A stretch of DNA of 64,000 bases. It comes from Candidatus Omnitrophota bacterium. Its GTDB lineage: Bacteria > Omnitrophota > Gorgyraeia > Zapsychrales > Zapsychraceae. Positions 46,898-55,066 of this stretch are shown piece by piece; the stretch's first letter is position 1; each line of letters begins with the position of its first letter. A program made the translations under genes and the position numbers. The stretch lies in assembly GCA_015233115.1 (NCBI GenBank), contig JADFYJ010000009.1:12163-76162 (forward strand), in the 5' to 3' direction. The notes under the pieces were generated by a model, which saw nothing but the letters and a program-made list of their open reading frames with translations, searched no databases and was not told where the DNA came from.

Positions 46898-47419
46898 ATG
46901 ATCGAACATGAATTTTTATTTTTAGGTTTACTTAAAGCTGGCCCCAAACACGGTTATGAAGTCAAGCGCATCATCGAAGAAGAACTTCAGCCATTACTAG
47001 GCCTTAAAATCAAGTCCATTTATTATCCTTTGAAGCAAATGGAAAAATACGGTTTGATTAGTAAAGAAACCGACCGCTCCGGCAATTTTCCTGAGAAATA
47101 CGTCTACACTTTGACTGCGCAGGGAGCAAAAGTTTTTGACCGCCAAGTGACAGAAAGTTTTTTAACTGTCGAACGCCCGTATTTCAATATTGATCTGTCC
47201 TTATATTTTCTGCAGTATGTTGATAAAAAAACCGCCCAGCGGAAATTAAGGGGGCGGACTTTGGTTCTCAAACGTATCCGCACGGAATTGCTTAAGTTAA
47301 GCAACGCTGTATCCTCTTCCCGGAAATACTTGCAAATCATTTTGACCCACGACCTCGACCTGGTGGAAGCAGAAATCAATTTCATTTCCCGCTTGATGAA
47401 ATCGTTGAATAATGCGTAA
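46898..47419 (+). CDS. PadR-family transcriptional regulator
   Basis: Winged-helix LGLLKAGPKHGYEVKRIIEE...YYPLKQMEKYGLI. The ORF-track start at 46862 is a TTG inside the repeat array; ATG 46898 preferred. Confidence 0.7.
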   Translation: MIEHEFLFLGLLKAGPKHGYEVKRIIEEELQPLLGLKIKSIYYPLKQMEKYGLISKETDRSGNFPEKYVYTLTAQGAKVFDRQVTESFLTVERPYFNIDLSLYFLQYVDKKTAQRKLRGRTLVLKRIRTELLKLSNAVSSSRKYLQIILTHDLDLVEAEINFISRLMKSLNNA

Positions 47420-47573
47420 ACTCAACTAACATACTCCGCAAAGACGCTTACCGTAATATCTATTAGTATTAATTATTTTAGAATATTTTTTGATATTTAA
47501 TTGCTTTCTTAATTAGTTCTAATATTATAAGATATGAATTAATTAGAACTATTTTATATTCCTTGACAACAAT

Positions 47574-48746
47574 ATGACTCAGCTCAAAAAAAATAAATGG
47601 TGTCTGCTCTCGGTTAACCTATTTTTCAGCCGAGATCTGACACCATTTATTTTGACACCATTTATTTTTTTTATTTGCTTCGCGCTTTTTCCTGCTAACG
47701 CTTTCGCGTTATATTATTCCGGCGGTCCTGGTTACACCGATACTTTTGGCCGGGTGGTCTCAGCGGATGCCATGGTTTTTTCGTCCGTTGCGGCGCAGTC
47801 TTTTATGCCGTCTGCCGCGTCTACACCTATGGCACAAATGGCTATTGCCCAGGATATCTCCGTGCCTGGCGGCGGAGTGACTGCGGCGAGCGGCATCCGT
47901 ATCCGCATTCCTTCCGGCTTGAATATGACCTGGGACGGATGTCCCACGACCACGGCAACCATTACCGGCAGTGCTGTGACCAAAGTTTCGACTACGGTCA
48001 ATTGCGCGGATTCCAGCAAAACCATGGTGATTAGCGTAAACACCCCTTTCTCCAACGGCGACTCTATTACAGTCAGCGGCCTTTCTTTTGTGAATTTCAA
48101 CGCGCTTGGTTCAGGTTACTTGGGATTGGACATTACCAACAACGGCAGTCTTATCGCGACTGATCCATACTCTAAAGAAATCGGCGGTTTCTCCGGCGGA
48201 ACAGGATATAGTGCCGCCTTTGCCAGGGCGGCTACTGTCAGTCTCATCGGAATGAGCAGCGGCTCCGCGCAATCTTTTCTGCCGTCAGCCGCGTCCACAC
48301 CAGTCAGCACCATGACCATTTATCAGGACACAGCCATAGGCGGCACCAGCATAACAGCAGCCAATGATATCCGGATTAAAATTCCTTCCGGCTTAAATAT
48401 GACCTGGAATACTGGAATTACCTCGGCCGCAATTGGAGGGCCGTCTATGGCCAAAGTCGCGCCAGACGTAACCTATGAGAATAGCGGCAAGACCTTGGTC
48501 ATTAATGTCAGCGCGGATTTTGTAAATGGCGATAGTGTGACAGTCGGTGGTTTGTCCTTGACCAATTTTAACAGCATGGGCCAAGGTTATCTGGGAGTCG
48601 AAATCGACCACGCCGGCAACACGACATCCTCAGACACATACACCAAAGAAATCGGCCCCTATTCCGGCGGAACAGGAGAAAGTCACAGTACAAGTATGAA
48701 CACCCGGGGCGACCCGAATGGAATACAATTCGCGACACCGTTTTAA
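47574..48746 (+). CDS. Secreted protein with two tandem repeats of about 155 aa, function unknown. The N-terminus runs through MITE copy I.
   Basis: Internal duplication (SFMPSAASTP...IPSGLNMTW...GLSFVNFN twice). Signal peptide FIFFICFALFPANAFA. Confidence 0.55.
   Translation: MTQLKKNKWCLLSVNLFFSRDLTPFILTPFIFFICFALFPANAFALYYSGGPGYTDTFGRVVSADAMVFSSVAAQSFMPSAASTPMAQMAIAQDISVPGGGVTAASGIRIRIPSGLNMTWDGCPTTTATITGSAVTKVSTTVNCADSSKTMVISVNTPFSNGDSITVSGLSFVNFNALGSGYLGLDITNNGSLIATDPYSKEIGGFSGGTGYSAAFARAATVSLIGMSSGSAQSFLPSAASTPVSTMTIYQDTAIGGTSITAANDIRIKIPSGLNMTWNTGITSAAIGGPSMAKVAPDVTYENSGKTLVINVSADFVNGDSVTVGGLSLTNFNSMGQGYLGVEIDHAGNTTSSDTYTKEIGPYSGGTGESHSTSMNTRGDPNGIQFATPF
47599..47660 (+). mobile_element. 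MITE-family copy I (46-bp short form plus tail, at the 5' end of ORF 47574..48746)
   Basis: GGTGTCTGCTCTCGG-ttaacctatttttcag-CCGAGATCTGACACC, then ATTTATTTTGACACCATTTATT as in copy H. Confidence 0.6.
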
Positions 48747-48926
48747 TATATAAAACCCCTCAACCTCGCCTTCTCCCCTCAGGGGAGAAGGGACAAAACG
48801 ATATTTCTATCGTCCAAAAGGGGAAGAAAATAAGTGGTATTTTTTTTTCGAAAAAATGGAAGGAACAAAGGATTCCTCTCCCCTTCGGGGAGAGGAAAGG
48901 GTGAGGGGAAAAGAAAGGCATATTTT

Positions 48927-50507
48927 ATGAATATAATTAAGCATCTTATAATTTTAACAATTTTGGCCGGGAGCTTGTTTTTTCTTCCACCTCCTGCCCG
49001 CGCCTCCAACGTCACTGTCACCTCGGTTTCGTTGCTGGCTCAAAACAGTGGGACCCGTCCAATTCAATTTACCGTATCCTGGGACAATTCCTGGTTTGTC
49101 TCCGGCGCGCCTGGGCCTGACGCCAATTGGGACGCGGTTTGGGTGTTTGCCAAATTTCGTAAAAATTCCGGGACTGGCTGGTCAAATTGGGCGCATGCCA
49201 CGCTGGACAAGACAGTCGGCAATCATACTGCTCCGGCAGGGTCACAAATCACACTCGGCTGTTCACCTGGTGTGGACTGTTCCAACGGAGCCAATACTGT
49301 CAAAGGCATATTTTTTTACCGCAGTGCTACCGGCACCCCCGGCACAGTCACTTTTACCAATTCCGCTATCAACTGGCTTTACAGCACAGACGGTGTAGCG
49401 GATGGCGATTGGGTGGATGTCAAAGTTTTTGCTATTGAAATGGTTTATGTTCCGTCCGGCAGTTTTTGGATCGGCGATCCATCTAAGAACGGGACTGATC
49501 CTTTTTATTCTTATGGTTGTACTTCGCCGAATTGCGCTTATCAGATTACCTCTGAAAACGCAATTACTGTCGGCACAACTAACGGCAACCTTTACTACAC
49601 CAACAGCGTCAACGGCGGCGACCGCGGCACACCCATTCCAGCCGCGTTTCCTAAAGGATATAATGCTTTTTATATTATGAAAACCGAGGTCTCGCAAAAG
49701 CAGTACGCGGAATTTTTAAACACGCTCAATCCAGGCCAGCAATCCGCGCGCTGGGTAACCGGGTATTTTAACTCTAATCGTTATTTCATCAAAAAATCCG
49801 TTGACGCCCGATTTGGCGTGGATGGGAATAATAACGCGGGAGCGGATGGTTCAGCGACTTATAACAGCATGAATGAATCCGACGATGGCGGATGGGTGGC
49901 ATGCAATTATCTTTCGTGGATGGATAATGCCGCTTTCGCGGAATGGGCAGCCTTGCGTCCGATGACGGAATTTGAGTTCGAGAAAGCCGCCCGCGGCGAT
50001 CAGCCAGCTGTGGCTGGTGAATATGCTTGGGGTAATACCACTTTAACTCCGCCCAGTTCAGGTACGCCTTCGCTTAACCGTCAGGCTGGGGAAACAACGA
50101 ATGGCGGGAATTGCAATTACAACAGTGTTATCTCAGGTCCAATCCGGGTTGGATCTTATGCTGGTTCTGGTACGTCGCGGACTGCCGCAGGTGCAGGCTA
50201 TTACGGAGCATTAGATCTTTCAGGAAATTTATGGGAATTCTTGGTAACAGTAGGAAATTTAACGGGTAGAGGTTTTACTGGTGTGCATGGCAGTGGAGCA
50301 TTATCAGGGCAAGGATATGCTGTGCAAAGTTTATGGCCTGGATGGGGAGGGGCGCAAAATGACGGGGCAACAGGTTTGGGCTTGCGCGGCGGCACGTGGA
50401 GCCACACGTCGACGAACGAGTCAACCGCTGACCGGTTCGTCGGGGTGGCCTCGGGCACGAATCGTGTCAGCGATGTCGGGTTTCGTGCCTGCAGGACTTC
50501 TCCTTAG
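48927..50507 (+). CDS. DGR target protein: secreted, formylglycine-generating-enzyme-type (FGE-sulfatase / C-type-lectin fold) with a C-terminal variable region
   Basis: Signal peptide. FGE-family motifs (FYIMKTEVSQKQYAEFL, AFAEWAALRPMTEFEFEKAARG, GLRGGTWSH...GFRACR). The C-terminal 117 nt form the VR. Confidence 0.8.
   Translation: MNIIKHLIILTILAGSLFFLPPPARASNVTVTSVSLLAQNSGTRPIQFTVSWDNSWFVSGAPGPDANWDAVWVFAKFRKNSGTGWSNWAHATLDKTVGNHTAPAGSQITLGCSPGVDCSNGANTVKGIFFYRSATGTPGTVTFTNSAINWLYSTDGVADGDWVDVKVFAIEMVYVPSGSFWIGDPSKNGTDPFYSYGCTSPNCAYQITSENAITVGTTNGNLYYTNSVNGGDRGTPIPAAFPKGYNAFYIMKTEVSQKQYAEFLNTLNPGQQSARWVTGYFNSNRYFIKKSVDARFGVDGNNNAGADGSATYNSMNESDDGGWVACNYLSWMDNAAFAEWAALRPMTEFEFEKAARGDQPAVAGEYAWGNTTLTPPSSGTPSLNRQAGETTNGGNCNYNSVISGPIRVGSYAGSGTSRTAAGAGYYGALDLSGNLWEFLVTVGNLTGRGFTGVHGSGALSGQGYAVQSLWPGWGGAQNDGATGLGLRGGTWSHTSTNESTADRFVGVASGTNRVSDVGFRACRTSP
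50379..50495 (+). other. DGR variable region (VR)
   Basis: 117-nt match to TR at 51662-51778 with 22 differences. 21 of them are at TR adenines. Confidence 0.8.
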
Positions 50508-50623
50508 TGTGGGTTTTGTAAATTTGAAAACAAACAGCCCAGGGGCGTAAGCCCCAAGGCTGAATCGATTGTGAAGAGATTGACGCTGCTGTAAATTGAT
50601 TCTTTGTAAATGACGTCGCTGTT

Positions 50624-50752
50624 GTAGGGGCGATCACCCGATCGCCCGTAACAAAATTGTCGTTTTTGTTGTTTGAATTTTTAAAAAAAGGAATGTTAGA
50701 AAAACGATTGATGGTAAAACGTTGATTCGGGCGATCGGGTGATCGCCCCTAC
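50624..50752 (+). repeat. Inverted pair of REP-A hairpins between the DGR target gene and avd
   Basis: GTAGGGGCGATCACCCGATCGCCCGTAACAAAATTGTCG at 50624. Reverse copy CGGGCGATCGGGTGATCGCCCCTAC at 50728. Confidence 0.7.
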
Positions 50753-50763
50753 ATAAAGCATAT

Positions 50764-51537
50764 ATGACTATTAAAGAAATTTTAGAAATTGAAAATAATA
50801 ATAACGATTCCATTGTTCTATTAAAAGAAGGGATGTTTTTTCGGGCGTATAACCAATCCGCCATGCGGCTTTCAACCCAAATAAAGAAATTTAAAATAAA
50901 TGTGAAACTGATCAAGTATTTGCAAAAAACAATTTTTTATTGCGGTTTTCCGCAAAGTATTCTGCCACAAATTAAGGATATGTGTTTAGCCAAAAGTTAC
51001 CAACCGATGGACCACCGCGTCGGTGGTCCATCGGTAGCCGGAGCGGTGATTTTTGCCAGTGACGTGTCACATGGGTTAAATTTTGATTCATGGACCAAAG
51101 AGATTTTAAAAGAAATAGCTGTGACCGGAGGAGTAAAAAAAGCCAAGCAATTGACACCATCGGTGACACCGGTTGTTGAAAAACATTATGATTTGATCAT
51201 GTGGTTTCTGCCGAAATTGGCGAATTTTCCCAAAGATCAACGCTTTTTATTGGCAGACCGTATCGAAGGCATGTTATTGGATATTCTGGGTATGTTGATT
51301 GAAGCCGTTTTCGCGAACGAAAGGGAAGAAATTTTAAAAAAGGCCAACTTAAAAATCGATCAATTGCGTTATCTCGTGAGAATTACCAAAGACATGAAAT
51401 ATATTTCTTTAAGCCAGTATGATTTTTTTTCATTAAAAATAATAGAAATAGGCCGCATGGTGGGCGGATGGAAAAAGGCTGCGATAGAAAAGACCAGAGA
51501 GCCGGCGTTTACGGATGTTGGCAGCGGTAAGGTATAA
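50764..51537 (+). CDS. avd: DGR accessory variability determinant (Avd, four-helix-bundle family). Has an N-terminal extension and an in-frame GC-rich palindrome.
   Basis: C-terminal half (KHYDLIMWFLPKLANFPKDQRF...IEIGRMVGGWKKA) resembles Bordetella phage bAvd (..IAEVGRILGSWI). nt 50998-51036 CCGATGGACCACCGCGTCGGTGGTCCATCGG encodes PMDHRVGGPSVAG in frame. Confidence 0.65.
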   Translation: MTIKEILEIENNNNDSIVLLKEGMFFRAYNQSAMRLSTQIKKFKINVKLIKYLQKTIFYCGFPQSILPQIKDMCLAKSYQPMDHRVGGPSVAGAVIFASDVSHGLNFDSWTKEILKEIAVTGGVKKAKQLTPSVTPVVEKHYDLIMWFLPKLANFPKDQRFLLADRIEGMLLDILGMLIEAVFANEREEILKKANLKIDQLRYLVRITKDMKYISLSQYDFFSLKIIEIGRMVGGWKKAAIEKTREPAFTDVGSGKV

Positions 51538-51661
51538 AAAGAGAAGTCCAGACCAAAGACCGCGCCGATGAAATCGGGAAATATAGCAATAACTGTTTCC
51601 GGCCGCGGCTGGGAACACGATATAACAGTAAAAAGGTTTTTGGTCGTTTAAAATTGGCCCG

Positions 51662-51778
51662 CGGCATGCGCGGCGGCACGTGGAACAACACGTCGACGAA
51701 CGAGACAACCGCTGACCGGAACAACGGGGCGAACACGAACACGAATCGTAACAACAATAACGGGTTTCGTGCCTGAAG
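51662..51778 (+). other. DGR template repeat (TR)
   Basis: Contains AAC/AAT codons (aac aac ggg gcg aac acg aac acg aat cgt aac aac aat aac) where VR has ttc gtc ggg gtg gcc tcg ggc acg aat cgt gtc agc gat gtc. Lies between avd and the RT remnant. Confidence 0.8.
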
Positions 51779-51789
51779 ACAACTTTTAT

Positions 51790-52006
51790 ATGAATCCATC
51801 ATTGTTTGAACAGATTATTGCCAGAGAAAATCTTTTCATCTCCGCTCACCGTGCGGCTCTTGGGAAAAGATTTCGCGAAAATATCGCGGATTGGAAATAT
51901 CGGATGGAAAATGAAGTTGAAATGCGGTTACATCGGAAGGAAAAAAGTGCGGTTTGCCGATTGGCAATTTGACGAGCCAGTTCTTCGCGAATTTATATTT
52001 GCATGA
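51790..52006 (+). pseudogene. DGR reverse transcriptase, N-terminal remnant (frameshifted and truncated)
   Basis: [48 protein letters not shown] matches the DGR RT N-terminus (bRT LIDQITTWENLLDAYRKTSHGKR...). A frameshift leads to ..[29 protein letters not shown], with a stop at 52006 about 75 codons in. The - strand HEPN/MNT genes start 100 nt later. Confidence 0.65.
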
Positions 52007-52103
52007 GCTGGATTGGTTTGTGTGGTGAAACAAAAAGACTAAGGGTTAAAATGTTGCAAAGAATTTTTACAAGCAATGACGGCCTAGGGTGGCCGTATAG
52101 AAA

Positions 52104-52427
52104 TTAGATCAACCGGATGCCGTGTTTTTTGATTTCGTGAATGATAGCAAGGTCAGAGTGAAAATCTTGAGGGTTGAATCCAATTGGTTCAATGGGGTAA
52201 AGAAGATTAAGGCGGCGCTTAGAAAGCAAATATTGAATGGCGCTGACCGGGTCGGAGAATTTAGATGAAACAACACATAAATCGACATCGCTGTATTTAT
52301 TGGTACGGCCATAAGCATATGAGCCAAACAAAAAAGCTTGCTCAATCGGCAGGTGATCTGCCTTAAGCGATTGAAGATAAAGGCGAATTACTGTTTTTAA
52401 TGTTTTGGATAAAATTTTTTGAGACAT
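52104..52427 (-). CDS. Nucleotidyltransferase (MNT-type, toxin-antitoxin-like)
   Basis: GSYAYGRTNKYSDVDLCVV motif (GS-x9-DxD). Confidence 0.75.
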   Translation of the reverse strand: MSQKILSKTLKTVIRLYLQSLKADHLPIEQAFLFGSYAYGRTNKYSDVDLCVVSSKFSDPVSAIQYLLSKRRLNLLYPIEPIGFNPQDFHSDLAIIHEIKKHGIRLI

Positions 52428-52792
52428 AGCATTAGATTTTTGGTTTTTAATACATATTTTTCGGTGTAAATTTTAGTACATTTTTTGTAAAACATAAATT
52501 TATAGTCGCTGTATCGGCCGGCAATGTTAAATGCGGAGATGGCTTTTAGATCATTGATATCATTGGAAGTCAAAGAAAGGTTAGCCATAACAGCAAGCCG
52601 TTCAAGATCATGAATATAAGGCGGATGCTGTTTAGTATGAAGAGTCACAAGACCTTTTAAAAATTTTTCAAGAGTCAAATGACAAAAAAATAGACAAGCA
52701 TCGTAACGTTTAATTTTAAACAGCCCGGAGACGGTTTTCCAGTCTCGTGAAGCTAATTTTTTCCAATGATTGGCATATTGTTGATGAGTCAT
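52397..52792 (-). CDS. HEPN-domain protein (partner of the MNT)
   Basis: Overlaps the MNT gene by 31 nt in operon arrangement. Helical about 130-aa protein of HEPN type. Confidence 0.55.
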   Translation of the reverse strand: MTHQQYANHWKKLASRDWKTVSGLFKIKRYDACLFFCHLTLEKFLKGLVTLHTKQHPPYIHDLERLAVMANLSLTSNDINDLKAISAFNIAGRYSDYKFMFYKKCTKIYTEKYVLKTKNLMLCLKKFYPKH

Positions 52793-53050
52793 GAAAAAAG
52801 TATAGCAGATTCTTGAGGAGAGTCAATAGATGCAGGGTAGAGGTTGATATACCATAAATTTGAAATATTAAGGCTTAATATGACTGTTAAGAATAGGGGA
52901 CAGTGCTCTATTTTTGGATGAACCGGTGCCATTTCGGCGCCGGTTATCGGAAGTAAGGAGATGTGATAATTTTTTTAAGACAGCAAATTGTCGCTTGTAT
53001 TTTTTTAGGTTTATTATTTTTGTTTTAAACAAAATGGATCACTAATTAAC

Positions 53051-54874
53051 ATGAAACGAATGTTGTCCATATTTTTGGGATTGATCAGTTTCTTCACATT
53101 GGCGGTGACGACTGCTTTTGCTGTTCAAGACGGCATGGGTCGCGACATTTTTCTCGGCAATGTGGGAATTGGTATAACTGCGCCGACCCAATCGTTGGAA
53201 GTTACTGGTGTTGGTAAATTTAATGGTGTCATGATAGCCCAGGATTTAACCATGGGCACAAACACAGCCGGATATATGCTGGTCGGGGATGGCAATGGTT
53301 TCGCGCCTGTCGCGATGAGCGGGGATGTAACAATAGACAAATTGGGTGTGACGAAAATAAATGTCTCTGGCGCCTCAACAACTGTCGCCATCACCAATGA
53401 CACATCCACTAACGCCACTATGAATTTGGTCTGGTCAGCAGGGACGAACGGGAATCAGGCGCTGAAGGTTTCGTCGACTGGGTTTATGTATAATCCATCG
53501 CTGGGGAATATCGGTATTGGTACCTCAGCATTAACTACTTCCAGATTGCATGTTCGCGGCGCGGGAACGACTACTGGAGAGGCCTTTGCTGTGCAAGATT
53601 CTACTTTGTCAGATAATTTTGTGGTTTTGGATAATGGGAATGTGGGTATTGGAAATACAACTAACATATTTTCTAAATTGACAGTCAATGCTCCCTATAA
53701 CTCTACAAATAATGTTCCGGACGCGTTATTGGCTTCTGCTTCGACGGGTATTGGCGATGTCGCGACTAATTATAGGTATGTTGGTGAGTTTCAGGCAAGG
53801 GCGGGGAATACTAGCCGCTTGCAAATTGCCGCTTACCGCCGTCTTGCTGGATCAAACTGGACCGGGTTAGGGTGGCGGTTACAATACGCGGTTGATACTT
53901 CATTTTCAGATGGTTCCAAGGCTTACATAGAAATTGGAGGCGATGATCCCAATAATGCCAGCGGAGGGTTTATATCTTTAGGGACTGAAGGCCTTGATCG
54001 TTTAGTGGCTACTTCGGCGGGGAACATTGGCATTGGGACAACGGCTCCTTCCCAAAAATTAGAAGTCGCTGGTGTCGGTAAATTCATTGGTGCCATATTA
54101 TCTCAAGATTTAACCATGTCCACGAACACGGCCGGTTACGTCTTAGCGGCTGACGGAAATGGTTTTGCTCCCATGCAAATGACCGGCGATGTGACGATTG
54201 ATAAAACCGGACACACTTATGTTGGGTCAGTCGCGAATGTCGCCATCACCAATGATGTTTCTACCAATGCCACCATGAATTTGGTCTGGTCAGCTGGTGT
54301 AAGCGGAAATCAGGCGTTGAAAGTTTCTTCGACCGGGCTGATGTATAATCCGTCGTTAGGAAATATTGGAATCGGAACCTCGGATTTAACCGGCGCCAGG
54401 TTGAGGGTTCGCAGCGTAGGCGGAACAACTGGCCAGGCGTTTTCTGTGCAAGACACAACGCTGAATGACAGATTTACGGTTTTGGATAATGGCAATGTGG
54501 GAATAGGGACAAGCGCGCCTGGCGTTAAATTGAATGTATCGGGTGGTTCGGCAGTCGTGAATGAAAAATCTTTAACGACCACAGCTACCATCAATATCGA
54601 TTGGTCTTTAGGTAATCAGCAATATGTCGGTCTTAATCAAGCTGGCCATACTATTACTTTCACAAATGCGTTGGCAGGGGAAGCTGTTCGCCTCATCATG
54701 TGCCAAAGCAACGCGAATAGCACGGTCACTACCTGGGACGCTTCAATAGTCTGGTCCGGAGGCTCAGCCCCAACTTTATCCACCACTGCGGGCAAATGCG
54801 ATGTGTGCTCTTTTATCGCGACCAACGCCAAAGGCTCACTTAAAGTGCTGGGGACGGCTACGACGAATTTTTAA
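53051..54874 (+). CDS. Secreted repeat protein with tail-fibre-like motifs (two repeats of about 290 aa)
   Basis: Signal peptide. Repeated (N/G)NVGIGTTAPSQKLEV.GVGKF and LDNGNVGIG units, duplicated internally. Confidence 0.55.
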   Translation: MKRMLSIFLGLISFFTLAVTTAFAVQDGMGRDIFLGNVGIGITAPTQSLEVTGVGKFNGVMIAQDLTMGTNTAGYMLVGDGNGFAPVAMSGDVTIDKLGVTKINVSGASTTVAITNDTSTNATMNLVWSAGTNGNQALKVSSTGFMYNPSLGNIGIGTSALTTSRLHVRGAGTTTGEAFAVQDSTLSDNFVVLDNGNVGIGNTTNIFSKLTVNAPYNSTNNVPDALLASASTGIGDVATNYRYVGEFQARAGNTSRLQIAAYRRLAGSNWTGLGWRLQYAVDTSFSDGSKAYIEIGGDDPNNASGGFISLGTEGLDRLVATSAGNIGIGTTAPSQKLEVAGVGKFIGAILSQDLTMSTNTAGYVLAADGNGFAPMQMTGDVTIDKTGHTYVGSVANVAITNDVSTNATMNLVWSAGVSGNQALKVSSTGLMYNPSLGNIGIGTSDLTGARLRVRSVGGTTGQAFSVQDTTLNDRFTVLDNGNVGIGTSAPGVKLNVSGGSAVVNEKSLTTTATINIDWSLGNQQYVGLNQAGHTITFTNALAGEAVRLIMCQSNANSTVTTWDASIVWSGGSAPTLSTTAGKCDVCSFIATNAKGSLKVLGTATTNF

Positions 54875-55066
54875 ATTTTATGGAATTTTTTTAATCTTCC
54901 TGGGAATTTAGATCATTTTAAGTTAAATTAAGCTATTTTAAGTCCATTTAAGTTTTTTTCATTTTTGCTGTTGATTATTTATAATTTCTTTGTACAATTA
55001 ATAAATCGATTAAATTTATTATTAATCAGCAGATATTGAAAGGCGCAGTTTTTTCGCTGATATAAC

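Noticed and set aside
47564-47592. TTGACA at 47564 as a promoter for the secreted repeat gene
   Set aside because: No acceptable -10 hexamer at 17 +/- 1 bp; only an A-run follows.
49048-49697. Several overlapping ORFs on both strands inside the DGR target gene
   Set aside because: These are alternative-frame ORFs in a locally GC-rich coding region. The FGE-domain frame (48927..50507) has the domain motifs and signal peptide.
51790-52103. Full-length DGR reverse transcriptase
   Set aside because: Only about 70 RT-like codons are present, with a frameshift and stop at 52006. The - strand HEPN/MNT genes begin at 52104 and no RT sequence follows them. Called a pseudogene remnant.
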